This document shows, in pieces, positions 21,135 through 32,288 of a stretch of DNA of 64,000 bases. The translations under genes and the position numbers were made by a program. The notes under the pieces are model-generated. The model made no database searches, was not told where the DNA came from, and saw nothing but the letters and a program-made list of their open reading frames with translations. Each line of letters begins with the position of its first letter. Positions within the stretch are counted from its first letter, which is position 1. The DNA comes from an uncultured Gemmatimonadales bacterium. GTDB lineage: Bacteria > Gemmatimonadota > Gemmatimonadetes > Longimicrobiales > RSA9. Location of the stretch: contig CAWAMW010000016.1 of NCBI GenBank assembly GCA_963783305.1, positions 416,001 to 480,000 on the forward strand. The letters run 5' to 3'.

Positions 21135-22298
21135 ATGGCGGTGAAGCGGGCGGCCCGGTACGCGCTCATTGCGGCGGCGGCGCTGGTTGTGCTGCTGCTC
21201 GTCGTGGCGGTCGTGCTGACGCGGACGCAGTTCGGTGGCGAGCGCGCCGGCCGCCTCGCCATCGAGCAGGTCAGCGGAGCCATCGAGGGCGATCTGGCCG
21301 TGGAGCGGATCAGCGCGGGGAACGTGCTCCGTGGCGTCACGCTGCACGGTGTCACCCTGCGCGGACCCGACGGGCGCCTCTTCCTTGCCGCGGATAGCGC
21401 CCGGCTGGCATACCGGTTCCGTACCCTCCTGAGTGGCTCGCTCGTCTTCGATCGGCTGATCCTGCACGGCCCGGAGGTGGTCATTGAGCGGCTGCCGGGG
21501 CAGGAGCAGTGGAACTACCAGAAGATCTTCCCTGGTGATACGGCCGCCGCGCCGGACACGGCCGGCGTGCGGGTCGTTCTGCTGGAGGACCTGCGGGTGG
21601 AGAACGGCCTTGCCATAGTCCGCATGCCCTGGGAGCCGGAGGGGCCCGTGGCGCCGGAGGATACGGCGCGCCTGATCCTGGAAGAGGTGCCCGGCGGGCT
21701 CGTTCGGACCATGCGCTTCGAGGCTTTGAACGCCCGGCTCCCGCGGATCGTGTGGGAGGCACCCGGGGAGCGGACGCGACTGATCGAAGTGGGAGAGCTT
21801 ACGACCCGCGCCTATATCTGGGAGACCCCGATGCACGTCGAGGCGCTCGAGGGCGTGCTCACCATGCGCGACTCGCTCCTGGCCTTCGAAGCGCCGCGAG
21901 CGCGCCTCCCTGACTCCGAGCTCGCGCTGCGCGGCACCGTCATAATCGGCGAGGAGAAGATCTACGACATCCAGATCGATGGTCGTGATCTCGCGTTCTC
22001 CGACTTCCAGTGGCTCTACCCGCGGCTTCCGGAGGAGGGCGGCGGTGCCATGCAGCTCCGGATCCATACCCAGGATGATGGGTCCATCCTGTGGCTCGCC
22101 CGTGACGCGCAGGTACGGACGAGTGGGACGGAGCTGGCGGGATCATTCGGGGTGGTGACCGGGGACAGCCTCTACTTCACCAACGTGGATCTGAACGGGT
22201 TACCCCTGGACTTCGATCTCCTCCAGCGCCTGCTCCCCATGGACCTCCAACTCGAAGGACTCATGGTCGGGGGCGTGGAGGTGGAGAGCTCGCCATGA
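21135..22298 (+). CDS. AsmA/TamB N-terminal-like membrane-anchored protein
   Basis: N-terminal TM helix, then a beta-taco-like sequence (VTLRGPDGRLFLAADS, WNYQKIF); ends at 387 aa. Confidence 0.6.
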   Translation: MAVKRAARYALIAAAALVVLLLVVAVVLTRTQFGGERAGRLAIEQVSGAIEGDLAVERISAGNVLRGVTLHGVTLRGPDGRLFLAADSARLAYRFRTLLSGSLVFDRLILHGPEVVIERLPGQEQWNYQKIFPGDTAAAPDTAGVRVVLLEDLRVENGLAIVRMPWEPEGPVAPEDTARLILEEVPGGLVRTMRFEALNARLPRIVWEAPGERTRLIEVGELTTRAYIWETPMHVEALEGVLTMRDSLLAFEAPRARLPDSELALRGTVIIGEEKIYDIQIDGRDLAFSDFQWLYPRLPEEGGGAMQLRIHTQDDGSILWLARDAQVRTSGTELAGSFGVVTGDSLYFTNVDLNGLPLDFDLLQRLLPMDLQLEGLMVGGVEVESSP

Positions 22299-22376
22299 TC
22301 CACGGGGCTCGATCCATGGACCGCGGGACTGCGCCGGGGGTATAGCCGCAGCGAACCCACGCACTCGAGAGGGACA

Positions 22377-23240
22377 ATGCAGCAGATCAAGGTCTTCGTG
22401 CTGATGGCGGGGCTCACCGCCCTGATGGTCGTGCTCGGCGGCTACGTTGGCGGACAGAGCGGAGCGATCCTCTTCTTCGCCTTCGCGGCCCTGATGAATT
22501 TCGGGATGTACTGGTGGAGCGACAAGGTGGTACTGAAGATGTACCGCGCCAGGATCATCGACCGCGGCGAGGCGCCCGAGCTCTACGACATGGTCGATCG
22601 GCTGCGTCAGCGCGCCGGGCTGCCCATGCCGACCCTCGCGATCGCGCCGTCCGAGCAGCCCAACGCTTTCGCCACCGGCCGTAGCCCGGAGAAGGCGGTC
22701 GTCTGCTGCACGGCCGGGATCCTCAAGCTGGTGGACCAGAATGAGATCGAGGGCGTCCTCGCCCACGAGCTCGCGCACATCAAGCACCGGCACATGCTCA
22801 CCAGCACCGTGGCCGCGACCATGGCCGGCGCCGTGGCCATGATCGGCCGGGTGGTGACCTGGGGCGCCATCTTCGGGATGGGGGGACGCGATCGGGAGGG
22901 AGGCGGCCTCGGCATGATCGTCATGGCCATTGTCGCGCCGATCGCGGCCATGATGATCCAGTTCGCCATCAGCCGCCAGAACGAGTTCCAGGCCGACCGC
23001 ACGGGCGCCGAGATCAGCGGGAACCCCATGGGGCTCGCCAGTGCGCTCCAGAAGCTCGACGCCTACAGCCGCCGGATCCCCATGCAGGTGAACCCGGCCG
23101 GGGCCTCGCTGGCCATCGTCAATCCGCTGGCCGGCGCGAAGTCGCGCTTCAGCGGGATGTTCAGCACCCACCCCGCCACGGAAGAGCGCGTGGCTCGCCT
23201 GCGCGAGATCGCCGGCGAGCTCTCCTCCCCAACCGTTTGA
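22377..23240 (+). CDS. htpX: Zinc metalloprotease HtpX (M48)
   Basis: QPNAFATGR, VLAHELAH, SRQNEFQAD, FSTHP. Confidence 0.95.
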   Translation: MQQIKVFVLMAGLTALMVVLGGYVGGQSGAILFFAFAALMNFGMYWWSDKVVLKMYRARIIDRGEAPELYDMVDRLRQRAGLPMPTLAIAPSEQPNAFATGRSPEKAVVCCTAGILKLVDQNEIEGVLAHELAHIKHRHMLTSTVAATMAGAVAMIGRVVTWGAIFGMGGRDREGGGLGMIVMAIVAPIAAMMIQFAISRQNEFQADRTGAEISGNPMGLASALQKLDAYSRRIPMQVNPAGASLAIVNPLAGAKSRFSGMFSTHPATEERVARLREIAGELSSPTV

Positions 23241-23261
23241 GGGGGGCCCCGTGGTCGCACA

Positions 23262-24212
23262 ATGAGCGATTCGGGAGCGGATGACCGTGTGGCCGGCCCC
23301 TACGCCAATCGCACGTTCATCATCCTGAACCCCATGGCCGGGCAGGAGGACCCCCAGCGCCTGCGTCGAATGATCGGGGGCGAGTTCGCGGCACAGGGCG
23401 CGTCGTTCGATCTCACCCAGACCGAACGCGCCGGCCACGCCACCGAGCTCGCCCGGGAGGCTGCGGCTCTGGGCTACCGCGCCGTCTGTGTGGTCGGCGG
23501 GGACGGCACCCTCGGAGAGGCGGTGACCGGCCTCGCCGGCACCGACACACCCCTCGCCGTCATTCCCCGAGGGACCGCCAACCAGGTCGCGCGCAACCTC
23601 AGGATCCCCGCGAACCTGGAAGAGGCCGTGCGCGTGGCGGTCCGCGGGAAAGCGGCCCCCGTCGACCTCGGGCGGATCGGCGACCGCGTCTTTGCGCTGG
23701 TGGCTGGAGCAGGTCTGGACGCGGCCGTCATGGCCAGCGCGACGCGCGGGATGAAGGAGCGCTGGGGCTTTGCCGCCTACGTGTTCGCGGCGGTCAAGGA
23801 GGTGCTCAACGCGCAGCCGGTCGACTTCCGCATCACCGCCAATGGCGAGACGATGGAAATCCGGGCGGTCAGCGTCATGCTGGCCAACGTGGGGGAGCTC
23901 TTCGCACACTTCTTCCCCTTTCCGGTCCCGCTGGCGCCGCGCCCTCGCAGCTCGTGGCAGGACGGCCTCTTCGACGTGGTCATCGTGGCGCCGCGCAACG
24001 TGATCGATGTGCCCGGGATCGTCTGGAAGGCCATGGGCAAGCAGTATGAGGGGGACGACGACCGGCTCCTCCATTTCCAGGCCCGGGAAGTGACTATTGA
24101 GGCCGATCCGCCCATCGCCGTTCAGATCGACGGCGATCCCGCTGGACTCACCCCCATGTCGGCCACGGCCATCGAACGGGGCGTCCTCCTGATCGCGCCA
24201 GCGCTCTCGTGA
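23262..24212 (+). CDS. Diacylglycerol/lipid kinase family protein
   Basis: ILNPMAG, GGDGT, PRGTANQVA, QIDGD. Confidence 0.9.
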   Translation: MSDSGADDRVAGPYANRTFIILNPMAGQEDPQRLRRMIGGEFAAQGASFDLTQTERAGHATELAREAAALGYRAVCVVGGDGTLGEAVTGLAGTDTPLAVIPRGTANQVARNLRIPANLEEAVRVAVRGKAAPVDLGRIGDRVFALVAGAGLDAAVMASATRGMKERWGFAAYVFAAVKEVLNAQPVDFRITANGETMEIRAVSVMLANVGELFAHFFPFPVPLAPRPRSSWQDGLFDVVIVAPRNVIDVPGIVWKAMGKQYEGDDDRLLHFQAREVTIEADPPIAVQIDGDPAGLTPMSATAIERGVLLIAPALS

Positions 24213-25090
24213 GCCTGCGCCACTCCCGGACGCAGGAGATCCGGCGAGAGGACGTGCTCGCCGCCGATGGCACCCGGCTGGCGCTCTACCGCGTGGGGCC
24301 CACCGGCGGTCCGCCGGTCGTGCTGATGCCGGGCACCTTTTCCAACCACACCTTCTGGCTCGGGACGCGCGCTCACGGATTCGCCTGGGCTCTGGGCGAG
24401 GCCGGATTCGAAGCGATCGTCCTGGACGCGCGCGGCCACGGCGGAAGCGAGCGGCCGTCGGGCCAGGACTGGACCTTCGACCACTGGGGTCGTGTGGATG
24501 TGCCCGCCGCCGTGGAGGCCGCGGCCACCGATGGCCGCCCGGTCCTCCTCGTGGGCCATTCCGCTGGCGGCGCCGCCATGCTCATGGCGCTGGCGGCGGA
24601 TCCGGCCGTCCGCGAGCGCGTGGCCGGTGCCGTGATCCTGGCCACGCCCGTCCCCTGGCTCCAGCACTGGCGCCGGGTGTCTGCCTGGGGGATCCGGACA
24701 CTCTCCAGGATCCTGGGCCGCTTCCCCGCGCGGCTGGTCGGCCTCGGCCCCGAAGACGAGCTGCCGGGGGTCATGCGCCAGTGGATGACCTGGAACCTCC
24801 GCGGGGAGTGGCTCTCCGAGGACGGGGTCGACTACGCGCGGGAGCTCCGGTCCGTCCGGGTGCCGGTCCTCGGGATGAGCGGAGCGGGCGACACCCGATT
24901 CGCGCCGCCCGCGGCCTGCCGCGCCCTCATCGAGATGCTCGGGTCCGAGAACGCCACCTATCGCGTGGCCGGCGTCGAGACTGGCTTCAGCGAGGACTTC
25001 GACCACGCCGGCATCGTCGTGAGCCGTGCCGCACACGAGGAGGTGTGGCCGGCACTCATCGAGTGGCTCCGGGAGCACGCACCCGCCTGA
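24209..25090 (+). CDS. Alpha/beta-fold hydrolase
   Basis: DARGHGGS, GHSAGG nucleophile elbow, GAGD and FDH. Confidence 0.88.
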   Translation: MSLRHSRTQEIRREDVLAADGTRLALYRVGPTGGPPVVLMPGTFSNHTFWLGTRAHGFAWALGEAGFEAIVLDARGHGGSERPSGQDWTFDHWGRVDVPAAVEAAATDGRPVLLVGHSAGGAAMLMALAADPAVRERVAGAVILATPVPWLQHWRRVSAWGIRTLSRILGRFPARLVGLGPEDELPGVMRQWMTWNLRGEWLSEDGVDYARELRSVRVPVLGMSGAGDTRFAPPAACRALIEMLGSENATYRVAGVETGFSEDFDHAGIVVSRAAHEEVWPALIEWLREHAPA

Positions 25091-25112
25091 CCCCGCTGGT
25101 CAGGGTCGGGGC

Positions 25113-25141
25113 TTGCACCCGATCGCGACCCGGGCGACATT
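25113..25141 (+). promoter_or_regulatory. Putative sigma70 promoter of efp
   Basis: TTGCAC-17 nt-GACATT upstream of efp. Confidence 0.4.
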
Positions 25142-25210
25142 CAACGTCTCTGGCGGTCCGGCGATCGGGCCCTTCGCAGTCTCTCACAGACAATCGGAGT
25201 ACACGCTTCC

Positions 25211-25774
25211 ATGGCGATGTCCGCCTCTCAGATCCGGCGCGGCAACGTGATCATGCACGACGGTGAGCCGTGCCGCGTCGTCGAGACCCAGCACGTCAAG
25301 CCGGGCAAGGGTCCCGCCTACATGCAGTCGAAGCTCAGGAACATCCTGAACGGGACGATCTTCGAGCACCGGTTCCGCTCCGCGGACACCGTCGAGAAGG
25401 CGGACATGAACACCCGCGAGCTCCAGTTCCTCTACCATGACGGTCAGCACCACTACTTCATGGACAAGGAGACGTTCGAGCAGTTCCCCATCGGGGATGA
25501 AGCGCTCGGCGACGAAGGCAAGTGGCTCATCCCGAACATGGACGTCCAGGTCGAGTTCCTGGAGGGCAGGCCCCTGGGGATCCAGCTCCCGCGCATCCTC
25601 GAGCTCGAGGTGGTGGAGACCGAGCCTGGCGTGCGCGGCGATACCCGCACGTCCGTAACCAAGCCCGCCACCCTCGAGAACGGCGCCGTGGTCCAGGTGC
25701 CCGCCTTCGTGGACAAGGGCCAGGTCATCCGCGTCGATCCCTCCGAGGGAACGTACATCGAGCGCGTTCGCTGA
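25211..25774 (+). CDS. efp: Elongation factor P (Lys-type loop)
   Basis: HVKPGKGPA, TEPGVRGDT, KPATLENG..VQVPAF. Confidence 0.98.
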   Translation: MAMSASQIRRGNVIMHDGEPCRVVETQHVKPGKGPAYMQSKLRNILNGTIFEHRFRSADTVEKADMNTRELQFLYHDGQHHYFMDKETFEQFPIGDEALGDEGKWLIPNMDVQVEFLEGRPLGIQLPRILELEVVETEPGVRGDTRTSVTKPATLENGAVVQVPAFVDKGQVIRVDPSEGTYIERVR

Positions 25775-25815
25775 CCCGGGCGGTCTCACCAGGCCGTTCC
25801 AGCAGGGCGTCTCCG

Positions 25816-25843
25816 GGGCCGGGCACCACGCCCGGCCCTTTCT
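25816..25843 (+). terminator. Intrinsic terminator after efp
   Basis: GGGCCGGGC-ACCAC-GCCCGGCCC followed by TTTCT. Confidence 0.7.
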
Positions 25844-25882
25844 GCATCTTAACCCTCGGCGCGTGCAGACAACGTTCACAGG

Positions 25883-25898
25883 CGGCCCGGGAGTTGCA
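25883..25898 (+). promoter_or_regulatory. Putative sigma54 promoter of the lmo0937-family gene
   Basis: CGGCCCGGGAGTTGCA has GG-N10-GC with TTGCA. Confidence 0.5.
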
Positions 25899-25959
25899 AA
25901 AGGGGAGGGATGTCACCGCCGCTCGTGCGGCGCTGTACCTTCGGAACGGAGTGTGGACC

Positions 25960-26106
25960 ATGCTGTGGACTATCGTCATCATCCTGCTGATCCTGTGGCT
26001 GCTGGGATTCATATCCGGCACGATGGGCGGACTGATTCATATCCTGCTGGTTATCGCCATCATCGTCGTGCTGATCCGCGTCATCCAGGGCCGAAACCCC
26101 ATCTGA
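25960..26106 (+). CDS. lmo0937-family (DUF5670) small membrane protein, 48 aa
   Basis: MLWTIVIILLILWLLG...GGLIHILLVIAIIVVLIRVIQGR; GGAG RBS. Confidence 0.9.
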   Translation: MLWTIVIILLILWLLGFISGTMGGLIHILLVIAIIVVLIRVIQGRNPI

Positions 26107-26113
26107 GGGCGAG

Positions 26114-26149
26114 AGCGGGGGCGGCTCAGCCGTCCCCGCTCCTCTCTTT
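26114..26149 (+). terminator. Hairpin/terminator after the lmo0937-family gene
   Basis: AGCGGGGGCGGC-TCA-GCCGTCCCCGCT followed by a pyrimidine tract. Confidence 0.55.
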
Positions 26150-26284
26150 GGGCCGTCCCCGTCGGCTCCGGACCGTCAATGAAGAGGTCGGTTTCCCGCG
26201 TCGGCACGCCATGGACCGCGGCGCCCGCCCCCGGGTATACACCACCTTCGACCACGGCCCAGGCTTTTTCCCGCACCACATCGC

Positions 26285-29149
26285 ATGGACGAAAAACTCA
26301 TCGTTCGCGGCGCCCGCGAGCACAATCTCCAGAACATCGACGTCGAGATCCCGCGCGACCGGCTGGTGGTCGTCACCGGCATCAGCGGTTCCGGGAAGAG
26401 CTCCCTGGCATTCGACACGATCTACGCGGAGGGCCAGCGGCGGTACGTCGAGTCGCTGTCCGCGTACGCCCGCCAGTTCCTGGGCGTCATGGAGAAGCCG
26501 GACGTCAATGTCATCGAGGGGCTGAGCCCCGCGATCTCCATCGAGCAGAAGACCACGGGTCGGAACCCGCGCTCGACCGTGGGCACGGTCACCGAGGTGT
26601 ACGACTACCTCCGGCTCCTGTGGGCCCGCGTCGGTACGCCACACTGCGCCGACTGCGGCCGCCCGGTCGAGCCCCAGACCGCCGGGCAGATCGCCGACCG
26701 GGTGCTGGGCTGGCCTGAAGGCGCTCGAATCGAGGTCCTCGCACCCCTGGTGCGCGGCCGGAAGGGGGAGTTCCGGGAGCTGTTCGAGGAGGCACGCAAG
26801 AAGGGGTTCGTGCGCGTGCGGGTGGACGGAGAGACCCACGACCTCGAGAGCCCCCCGACGCTGAACCGGTACGAGAACCACACCATCGCGGTGGTCGTGG
26901 ACCGGCTCGTGGTCCGGGCGGAGGATCGTGCTCGCCTGGCCGACTCCGTGGAGACGGGGCTCAAGACCGCGGACGGCATCGTGGAGGTGGTCCTGCACGG
27001 CGGCGAGGAGCCCGAGACCTTCCTCTTCAGCGAGCGCTTCGCCTGCGTCCACTGCGGCACCAGCATCCCCGAGATCGAGCCGCGGCAGTTCAGCTTCAAC
27101 AGCCCGTACGGCGCGTGCGACGATTGCGGTGGCCTGGGGACGCGACTCGAGGTGAGCGAGGATCTCGTGGTGGCCGACCCGTCCATTTCCATCCTGGAGG
27201 GCGTGATCATCCCGTGGGGCGCGCCCACGGGTCACCTGCGGCGGTCCGTGGTCGAGGGCATCGCCAGTCACTACGACTTCGAGGCCAACGCCAACTGGGG
27301 CACGCTCCCGGAGGAGACCCGGCGCGCGGTGCTCTACGGCTCGGGCAGCACTAAGATCGAGTTCCCCTACAGCTCGGGAGGAAAAAAGGGGAGCTACAAG
27401 GAGCCGTGGGAGGGCGTCCTCGAGAACGTGAAGCGGCGCTACGAGGAGACCAGCTCGGAGAACGTCCGCAGCCAGCTCCGGGAGTTCATGATCCCGCAGC
27501 CGTGCCGCACGTGCGAGGGGCATCGCCTCCGGGCGGAAAGCCTGGCGGTCACCGTCGCGGGGCGGAGCATCGGCGAGATCGCGGATATGAGCGTGAGCGA
27601 GGCGCTCGACTTCTTCCGCTCCCTTTCCCTCGACGACGACGAGCCGGCTGGCCCCCAGGCGCTCCCCGCCCGCATCGCCCGTCCCATCCTGAAGGAGGTC
27701 ACCGAGCGGCTGACCTTCCTGGTGAACGTGGGGCTCCAGTACCTCACGCTGGGCCGGAGCGCGGAGACGCTGAGCGGCGGTGAGGCGCAGCGGATCAGGC
27801 TTGCAACGCAGATCGGCAGCCGGCTCGTGGGCGTCCTCTACATCCTGGACGAGCCCAGCATCGGGCTCCATCAGCGCGACAACGAGCGCCTGCTGGAGAC
27901 GCTGCGGCAGCTCCGCGACCTGGGTAACACCGTCATCGTCGTGGAGCACGACGAGGAGACGATCCGCTCCGCGGACCACGTCATCGACCTGGGCCCCGGC
28001 GCGGGCCGGCATGGCGGGCACATCGTGGCCCAGGGGACGGTGGACGACCTGATCGAGGCCCCCGGCTCGCTGACCGGTGCCTACCTGCGGCGTGAGAAGT
28101 CCATTGCCATACCGGCCGAGCGTCGTCGGCCCCCGAAGAAGCGGACGCTCACCGTGCGCGGCGCGCGCCAGCACAACCTGAAGGACATCGACGTCCACTT
28201 CCCCCTGAGCACGTTCACCGCCGTCACTGGCGTGAGCGGCTCGGGGAAGAGCACGCTCGTCAACGAGATCCTTTTTCAAACCCTGGCCCGCGACATCAAT
28301 CGCCGTCGCACCATTCCCGGCGCTCACGACGCGGTCGAGGGGATCGAGTACGTCGACAAGGTGATCGAGATCGACCAGTCGCCCATCGGACGTACCCCAC
28401 GATCGAACCCGGCCACATACACGGGCCTGTTCACGCCCATCCGGAGCCTGTTTGCCGACCTGCCGGAGTCGAAGATCCGCGGGTACGCGCCCGGCCGCTT
28501 CAGCTTCAACGTGAAGGGCGGCCGCTGCGAGGCCTGCGCCGGCAATGGCCTGGTCAAGATCGAGATGCACTTCCTGCCCGACGTGTACATCCCGTGCGAC
28601 GTCTGCCGGGGGAAGCGCTACAACCGCGAGACCCTCGAGGTGCTCTACAAGGGGCGCAATATCGCCGAGGTCCTGGACATGACCGTGGATGAGGCGCTGG
28701 AGTTCTTCGCTGCCGTCCCCTCTCTGAAGCGCCGGCTGGCCACCCTGAGCGATGTGGGGCTCGGCTACATCCATCTCGGTCAGTCCGCCACCACACTGTC
28801 CGGCGGCGAGGCTCAGCGTGTGAAGCTCGCCACCGAGCTCGCCAAGCGCGATACCGGTCAGACGCTCTACATCCTCGATGAGCCCACCACCGGTCTCCAT
28901 TTCGAGGATGTCCGCCTGCTCCTCGATGTCCTGCACCGTCTGGTCGACAAGGGCAATACCGTTCTGGTCATCGAGCACAACATGGACGTCATCAAGACCG
29001 CCGACTGGGTCGTGGACCTCGGCCCAGAGGGCGGGGCCGAGGGCGGCGAGATCGTCGGAGAGGGCACTCCGGAAGAGCTCGCCGCCAACCCGCTGTCCCA
29101 TACGGGCCGATTCCTCGCCGACGTCCTGGGCATGGCCCCCGTCGGCTGA
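26285..29149 (+). CDS. uvrA: Excinuclease ABC subunit A
   Basis: GAREHNL, two GxSGSGKS Walker A motifs, LSGGEAQR twice, zinc fingers. Confidence 0.99.
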   Translation: MDEKLIVRGAREHNLQNIDVEIPRDRLVVVTGISGSGKSSLAFDTIYAEGQRRYVESLSAYARQFLGVMEKPDVNVIEGLSPAISIEQKTTGRNPRSTVGTVTEVYDYLRLLWARVGTPHCADCGRPVEPQTAGQIADRVLGWPEGARIEVLAPLVRGRKGEFRELFEEARKKGFVRVRVDGETHDLESPPTLNRYENHTIAVVVDRLVVRAEDRARLADSVETGLKTADGIVEVVLHGGEEPETFLFSERFACVHCGTSIPEIEPRQFSFNSPYGACDDCGGLGTRLEVSEDLVVADPSISILEGVIIPWGAPTGHLRRSVVEGIASHYDFEANANWGTLPEETRRAVLYGSGSTKIEFPYSSGGKKGSYKEPWEGVLENVKRRYEETSSENVRSQLREFMIPQPCRTCEGHRLRAESLAVTVAGRSIGEIADMSVSEALDFFRSLSLDDDEPAGPQALPARIARPILKEVTERLTFLVNVGLQYLTLGRSAETLSGGEAQRIRLATQIGSRLVGVLYILDEPSIGLHQRDNERLLETLRQLRDLGNTVIVVEHDEETIRSADHVIDLGPGAGRHGGHIVAQGTVDDLIEAPGSLTGAYLRREKSIAIPAERRRPPKKRTLTVRGARQHNLKDIDVHFPLSTFTAVTGVSGSGKSTLVNEILFQTLARDINRRRTIPGAHDAVEGIEYVDKVIEIDQSPIGRTPRSNPATYTGLFTPIRSLFADLPESKIRGYAPGRFSFNVKGGRCEACAGNGLVKIEMHFLPDVYIPCDVCRGKRYNRETLEVLYKGRNIAEVLDMTVDEALEFFAAVPSLKRRLATLSDVGLGYIHLGQSATTLSGGEAQRVKLATELAKRDTGQTLYILDEPTTGLHFEDVRLLLDVLHRLVDKGNTVLVIEHNMDVIKTADWVVDLGPEGGAEGGEIVGEGTPEELAANPLSHTGRFLADVLGMAPVG

Positions 29150-29251
29150 CGCTGCCCCTCCACGCCTCTTCACGGGTTTCCACGGTGCCGTCGAGGGCAT
29201 AACGTGGGACACGGCCCGACCAGGGAATCCCGACAGAGCGGAGTGACCTAC

Positions 29252-31699
29252 ATGATCAAGCGATGCCTTTCGGCCGTCGTACTGGCGGCCATCTGGACGC
29301 CCGCGGCGGCTCAGGACGTGGCGGAGACCTACCGTACGCCGGCGCCCGCCCTGGCGCAGCTCGTGGATGCGCCGGTAACCCCCGGCGCGACCGTGTCGCC
29401 CGACGGGCGGTGGCTCCTTCTCGAGGAGCGGCCCTCCCTCCCGACCATCGGCGAGGTGGCCCGCGAGGAGCTCCGGATCGCGGGGCTCAGGATCGACCCC
29501 CTCAGCAACGGTCCCAGCCGGTCGCAGGGATCCACGGGCCTGACGCTGAAAGAGCTGCCGGACGGCGCTGAACGAAGCATCCCCGGCCTCCCGGAGCTCG
29601 GGATCCGGAACGTCCGCTTTTCGCCCGACGGTCGTCACGTCGCGTTCACCGTTGACCGTGACGAAAAGATCGAGCTGTGGGTGGCGAGCGTGGTGGACGC
29701 GCGAGCCCGACTCCTGACCGAGCGTGCCGTGAATGACGCCCTGTTCGGCTCCCCCTTCGACTGGACGCCGGATTCCGAGGCGCTGGTGGTGCGGCTGCTA
29801 CCGGAAGACAGGGCCGCCCCGCCCGCGAAGCCGCGGGCGCCATCAGGGCCCGTCATCCAGGAGAACGTGGGCGAGAGCGCTCCGGTCCGCACGTACCAGG
29901 ACCTCCTCGAGAATCCGCACGACGAGGCGCTCTTCGAGCACTACGGCACCTCCGAGCTCGTCCGGTTGGACATGGACGGTGGCACCCGGACCCTGCTTAC
30001 CCCGCGGATCCTCGCCGGCGCTTCGGTCTCTCCCGATGGACGGTACATCCTCGCCGAGACGATCCACCGGCCGTTCAGCTATCTCGTACCGGCCTACAGC
30101 TTCCCGCAAACGGTCGAGATCGTGGACGCCCGCGATGGCGCTCGCGTCGCGCTCATCGCCGAGCTGCCTTTGCAGGAGAGCGTCCCGCCCGGCTTCGGGT
30201 CCGTGCCTACTGGCATGCGTTCCGTCCAATGGCGCGCTGATGCTCCCGCCACGCTCGCGTGGGTCGAGGCGCTGGATCAGGGGAACGCCCGCCTCGACGC
30301 CGAACACCGCGACCGCGTGTTCACGCTCCCGGCCCCTTTCCAGGCCGAGCCGACCCCGTTGATCGACCTCCCGCTCCGCTACGCCGGCATCCAGTGGGGC
30401 ACCGACGACGTGGCCCTGGTCTACGAGTCGTGGTTCGCCACCCGGATGGCGCGCACGTACGTCGTCGAGCCGGCGCGGCCCGGGAGCGGGCGCCTTCTCT
30501 TCGAGTACTCGTACGAGGAGCCCTACGCGGACCCGGGTCGGCCGGTCACCCACGCTGCGGGCAACGGCACCAGCGTGCTGACGCTCGCCGACGGCGGCCG
30601 CGCCATCTACCTCGTCGGCGATGGCGCCTCGCCAGAAGGGGAGCGGCCCTTCCTCCGGAAGATGGACCTCCGATCGGGCGCGACGGAGGAGCTGTTCCGC
30701 TCCGAGGCGCCCTACTACGAGGAGCCGGTCGAGGTCCTCGACGCCGAGGACCATCGCATCCTCACCGTTCGGGAGTCGCCGACGGACCCGCCGAACTTCT
30801 TCGTCCGTGACCTGGACGCCAACCGGGTCGTCGCACAGGTCACCCACTTCCCGCACCCATACCCGGAGTTGCGCGGGATCCAGAAGGAGTTCATCCAGTA
30901 TCAGCGCGACGACAGCGTTCCGCTGACGGCGACGCTCTACCTCCCGGCCGGCTACGACGCCGAGAGCGACGGGCCGCTGCCCACCCTCGTGTGGGCCTAC
31001 CCCCGGGAGTACAAGAGCGCCGCGGCCGCGGGGCAGGTGAGCGACTCGCCCTACCGGTTCAACCGGGTCAGCTACTGGGGTGCGATCCCGTACGTCCTGC
31101 GGGGATTCGCCGTGCTCGACAACGCGTCCATCCCCATCATTGGTGAGGGAGACGAGGAGCCCAACGACTCCTTCCTCGAGCAGCTCGTGGCCGGCGCCCG
31201 CGCCGCCATCGAGGAGGGTGTCCGGCGGGGCGTAACCGACGCCGACCGCGTCGCCATCGGCGGGCACTCCTACGGCGCGTTCATGACCGCCAACCTGCTG
31301 GCCCACTCCGACCTGTTCCGAGCCGGAATCGCCCGGAGCGGCGCCTACAACCGCACCCTCACCCCCTTCGGGTTCCAGCGGGAGGAGCGGCTCTACTGGG
31401 AGGCGCCGGAGATCTACTACGAGATGTCACCGTTCATGCACGCCGACGACGTGAACGAGCCGATCCTCCTGATCCACGGCCTCGCCGACAACAACTCGGG
31501 CACGTTCCCGATCCAGTCGGAGCGCTACTACCATGCGCTGAAGGGACTCGGCAAGACCGCCCGTCTGGTGTTCCTCCCGGCAGAAAGCCACGGGTACCGC
31601 GCCAGGGAGTCCATCCTGCACATGCTCTGGGAGACCGACCGCTGGCTCCAGCGGTACGTAAAGGAGGCACCCCCTCGCGAGCGTTCCACCGACGGCTGA
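29252..31699 (+). CDS. Exported S9-family (prolyl oligopeptidase clan) peptidase, glutamyl endopeptidase-like
   Basis: Signal peptide, beta-propeller, GGHSYGAFMTANL, ADNNSGTF, ESHGY. Confidence 0.9.
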   Translation: MIKRCLSAVVLAAIWTPAAAQDVAETYRTPAPALAQLVDAPVTPGATVSPDGRWLLLEERPSLPTIGEVAREELRIAGLRIDPLSNGPSRSQGSTGLTLKELPDGAERSIPGLPELGIRNVRFSPDGRHVAFTVDRDEKIELWVASVVDARARLLTERAVNDALFGSPFDWTPDSEALVVRLLPEDRAAPPAKPRAPSGPVIQENVGESAPVRTYQDLLENPHDEALFEHYGTSELVRLDMDGGTRTLLTPRILAGASVSPDGRYILAETIHRPFSYLVPAYSFPQTVEIVDARDGARVALIAELPLQESVPPGFGSVPTGMRSVQWRADAPATLAWVEALDQGNARLDAEHRDRVFTLPAPFQAEPTPLIDLPLRYAGIQWGTDDVALVYESWFATRMARTYVVEPARPGSGRLLFEYSYEEPYADPGRPVTHAAGNGTSVLTLADGGRAIYLVGDGASPEGERPFLRKMDLRSGATEELFRSEAPYYEEPVEVLDAEDHRILTVRESPTDPPNFFVRDLDANRVVAQVTHFPHPYPELRGIQKEFIQYQRDDSVPLTATLYLPAGYDAESDGPLPTLVWAYPREYKSAAAAGQVSDSPYRFNRVSYWGAIPYVLRGFAVLDNASIPIIGEGDEEPNDSFLEQLVAGARAAIEEGVRRGVTDADRVAIGGHSYGAFMTANLLAHSDLFRAGIARSGAYNRTLTPFGFQREERLYWEAPEIYYEMSPFMHADDVNEPILLIHGLADNNSGTFPIQSERYYHALKGLGKTARLVFLPAESHGYRARESILHMLWETDRWLQRYVKEAPPRERSTDG

Positions 31700-31868
31700 C
31701 GCACCCGGCCCGCCGCCGGACGCATTCGCGCTCCGGGGGCGGGCCCCTGGCCTCCGGCCGCACCGACGAGCCCCCCCGCGAGGCCGCCAGGCCGAGCCCC
31801 ACGCTTGCCGAAACCCTGACTCCTTTCATACCGTACGGATCGGCAGGTTTCCCGAACCGGAGAACGTC

Positions 31869-32279
31869 ATGGTGAACAGAGAGGACCTCGAGAGCTTCCT
31901 GATCCGAATGGGCGTGGAGGCGGAAGAGGTCGATGACAACATGTGGGTGCTGAAGGGAGAGGGAGAGGACGATCCGAACGTGGTCGTGACCTACGCCCCG
32001 CCAGTGCTGCTCATGCGTCTCAAGGTCATGGACCTGCCGCAGGATGCCACGGACACCCAGCTCGCGCCCCTTTTCCGCAAGCTGCTGGAGCTGAACGCCA
32101 GCGATCTGGTTCACGGCAGCTACGGGATCGAGGAGGGGGACGTTGCACTGAGCGATGCGCTGGAGCTCGAGACTCTCGATTTCCAGGAGCTTCGGGCATC
32201 GTGGGAAAGCATCGTCTTCGCGGGTTCCAGCCATATGAAGGACCTGGTGGAGCTGGTTCCGGTCGCACACAAAGGCTGA
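31869..32279 (+). CDS. CesT/YbjN-fold (type III chaperone-like) acidic protein
   Basis: Small acidic protein with LFRKLLELNASDLVHGSYGIE; directly upstream of pspA. Confidence 0.7.
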   Translation: MVNREDLESFLIRMGVEAEEVDDNMWVLKGEGEDDPNVVVTYAPPVLLMRLKVMDLPQDATDTQLAPLFRKLLELNASDLVHGSYGIEEGDVALSDALELETLDFQELRASWESIVFAGSSHMKDLVELVPVAHKG

Positions 32280-32288
32280 CGGGGTAAC

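Noticed and set aside
26126..29638. 1170-aa minus-strand ORF
   Set aside because: Antisense shadow of uvrA caused by GC codon bias
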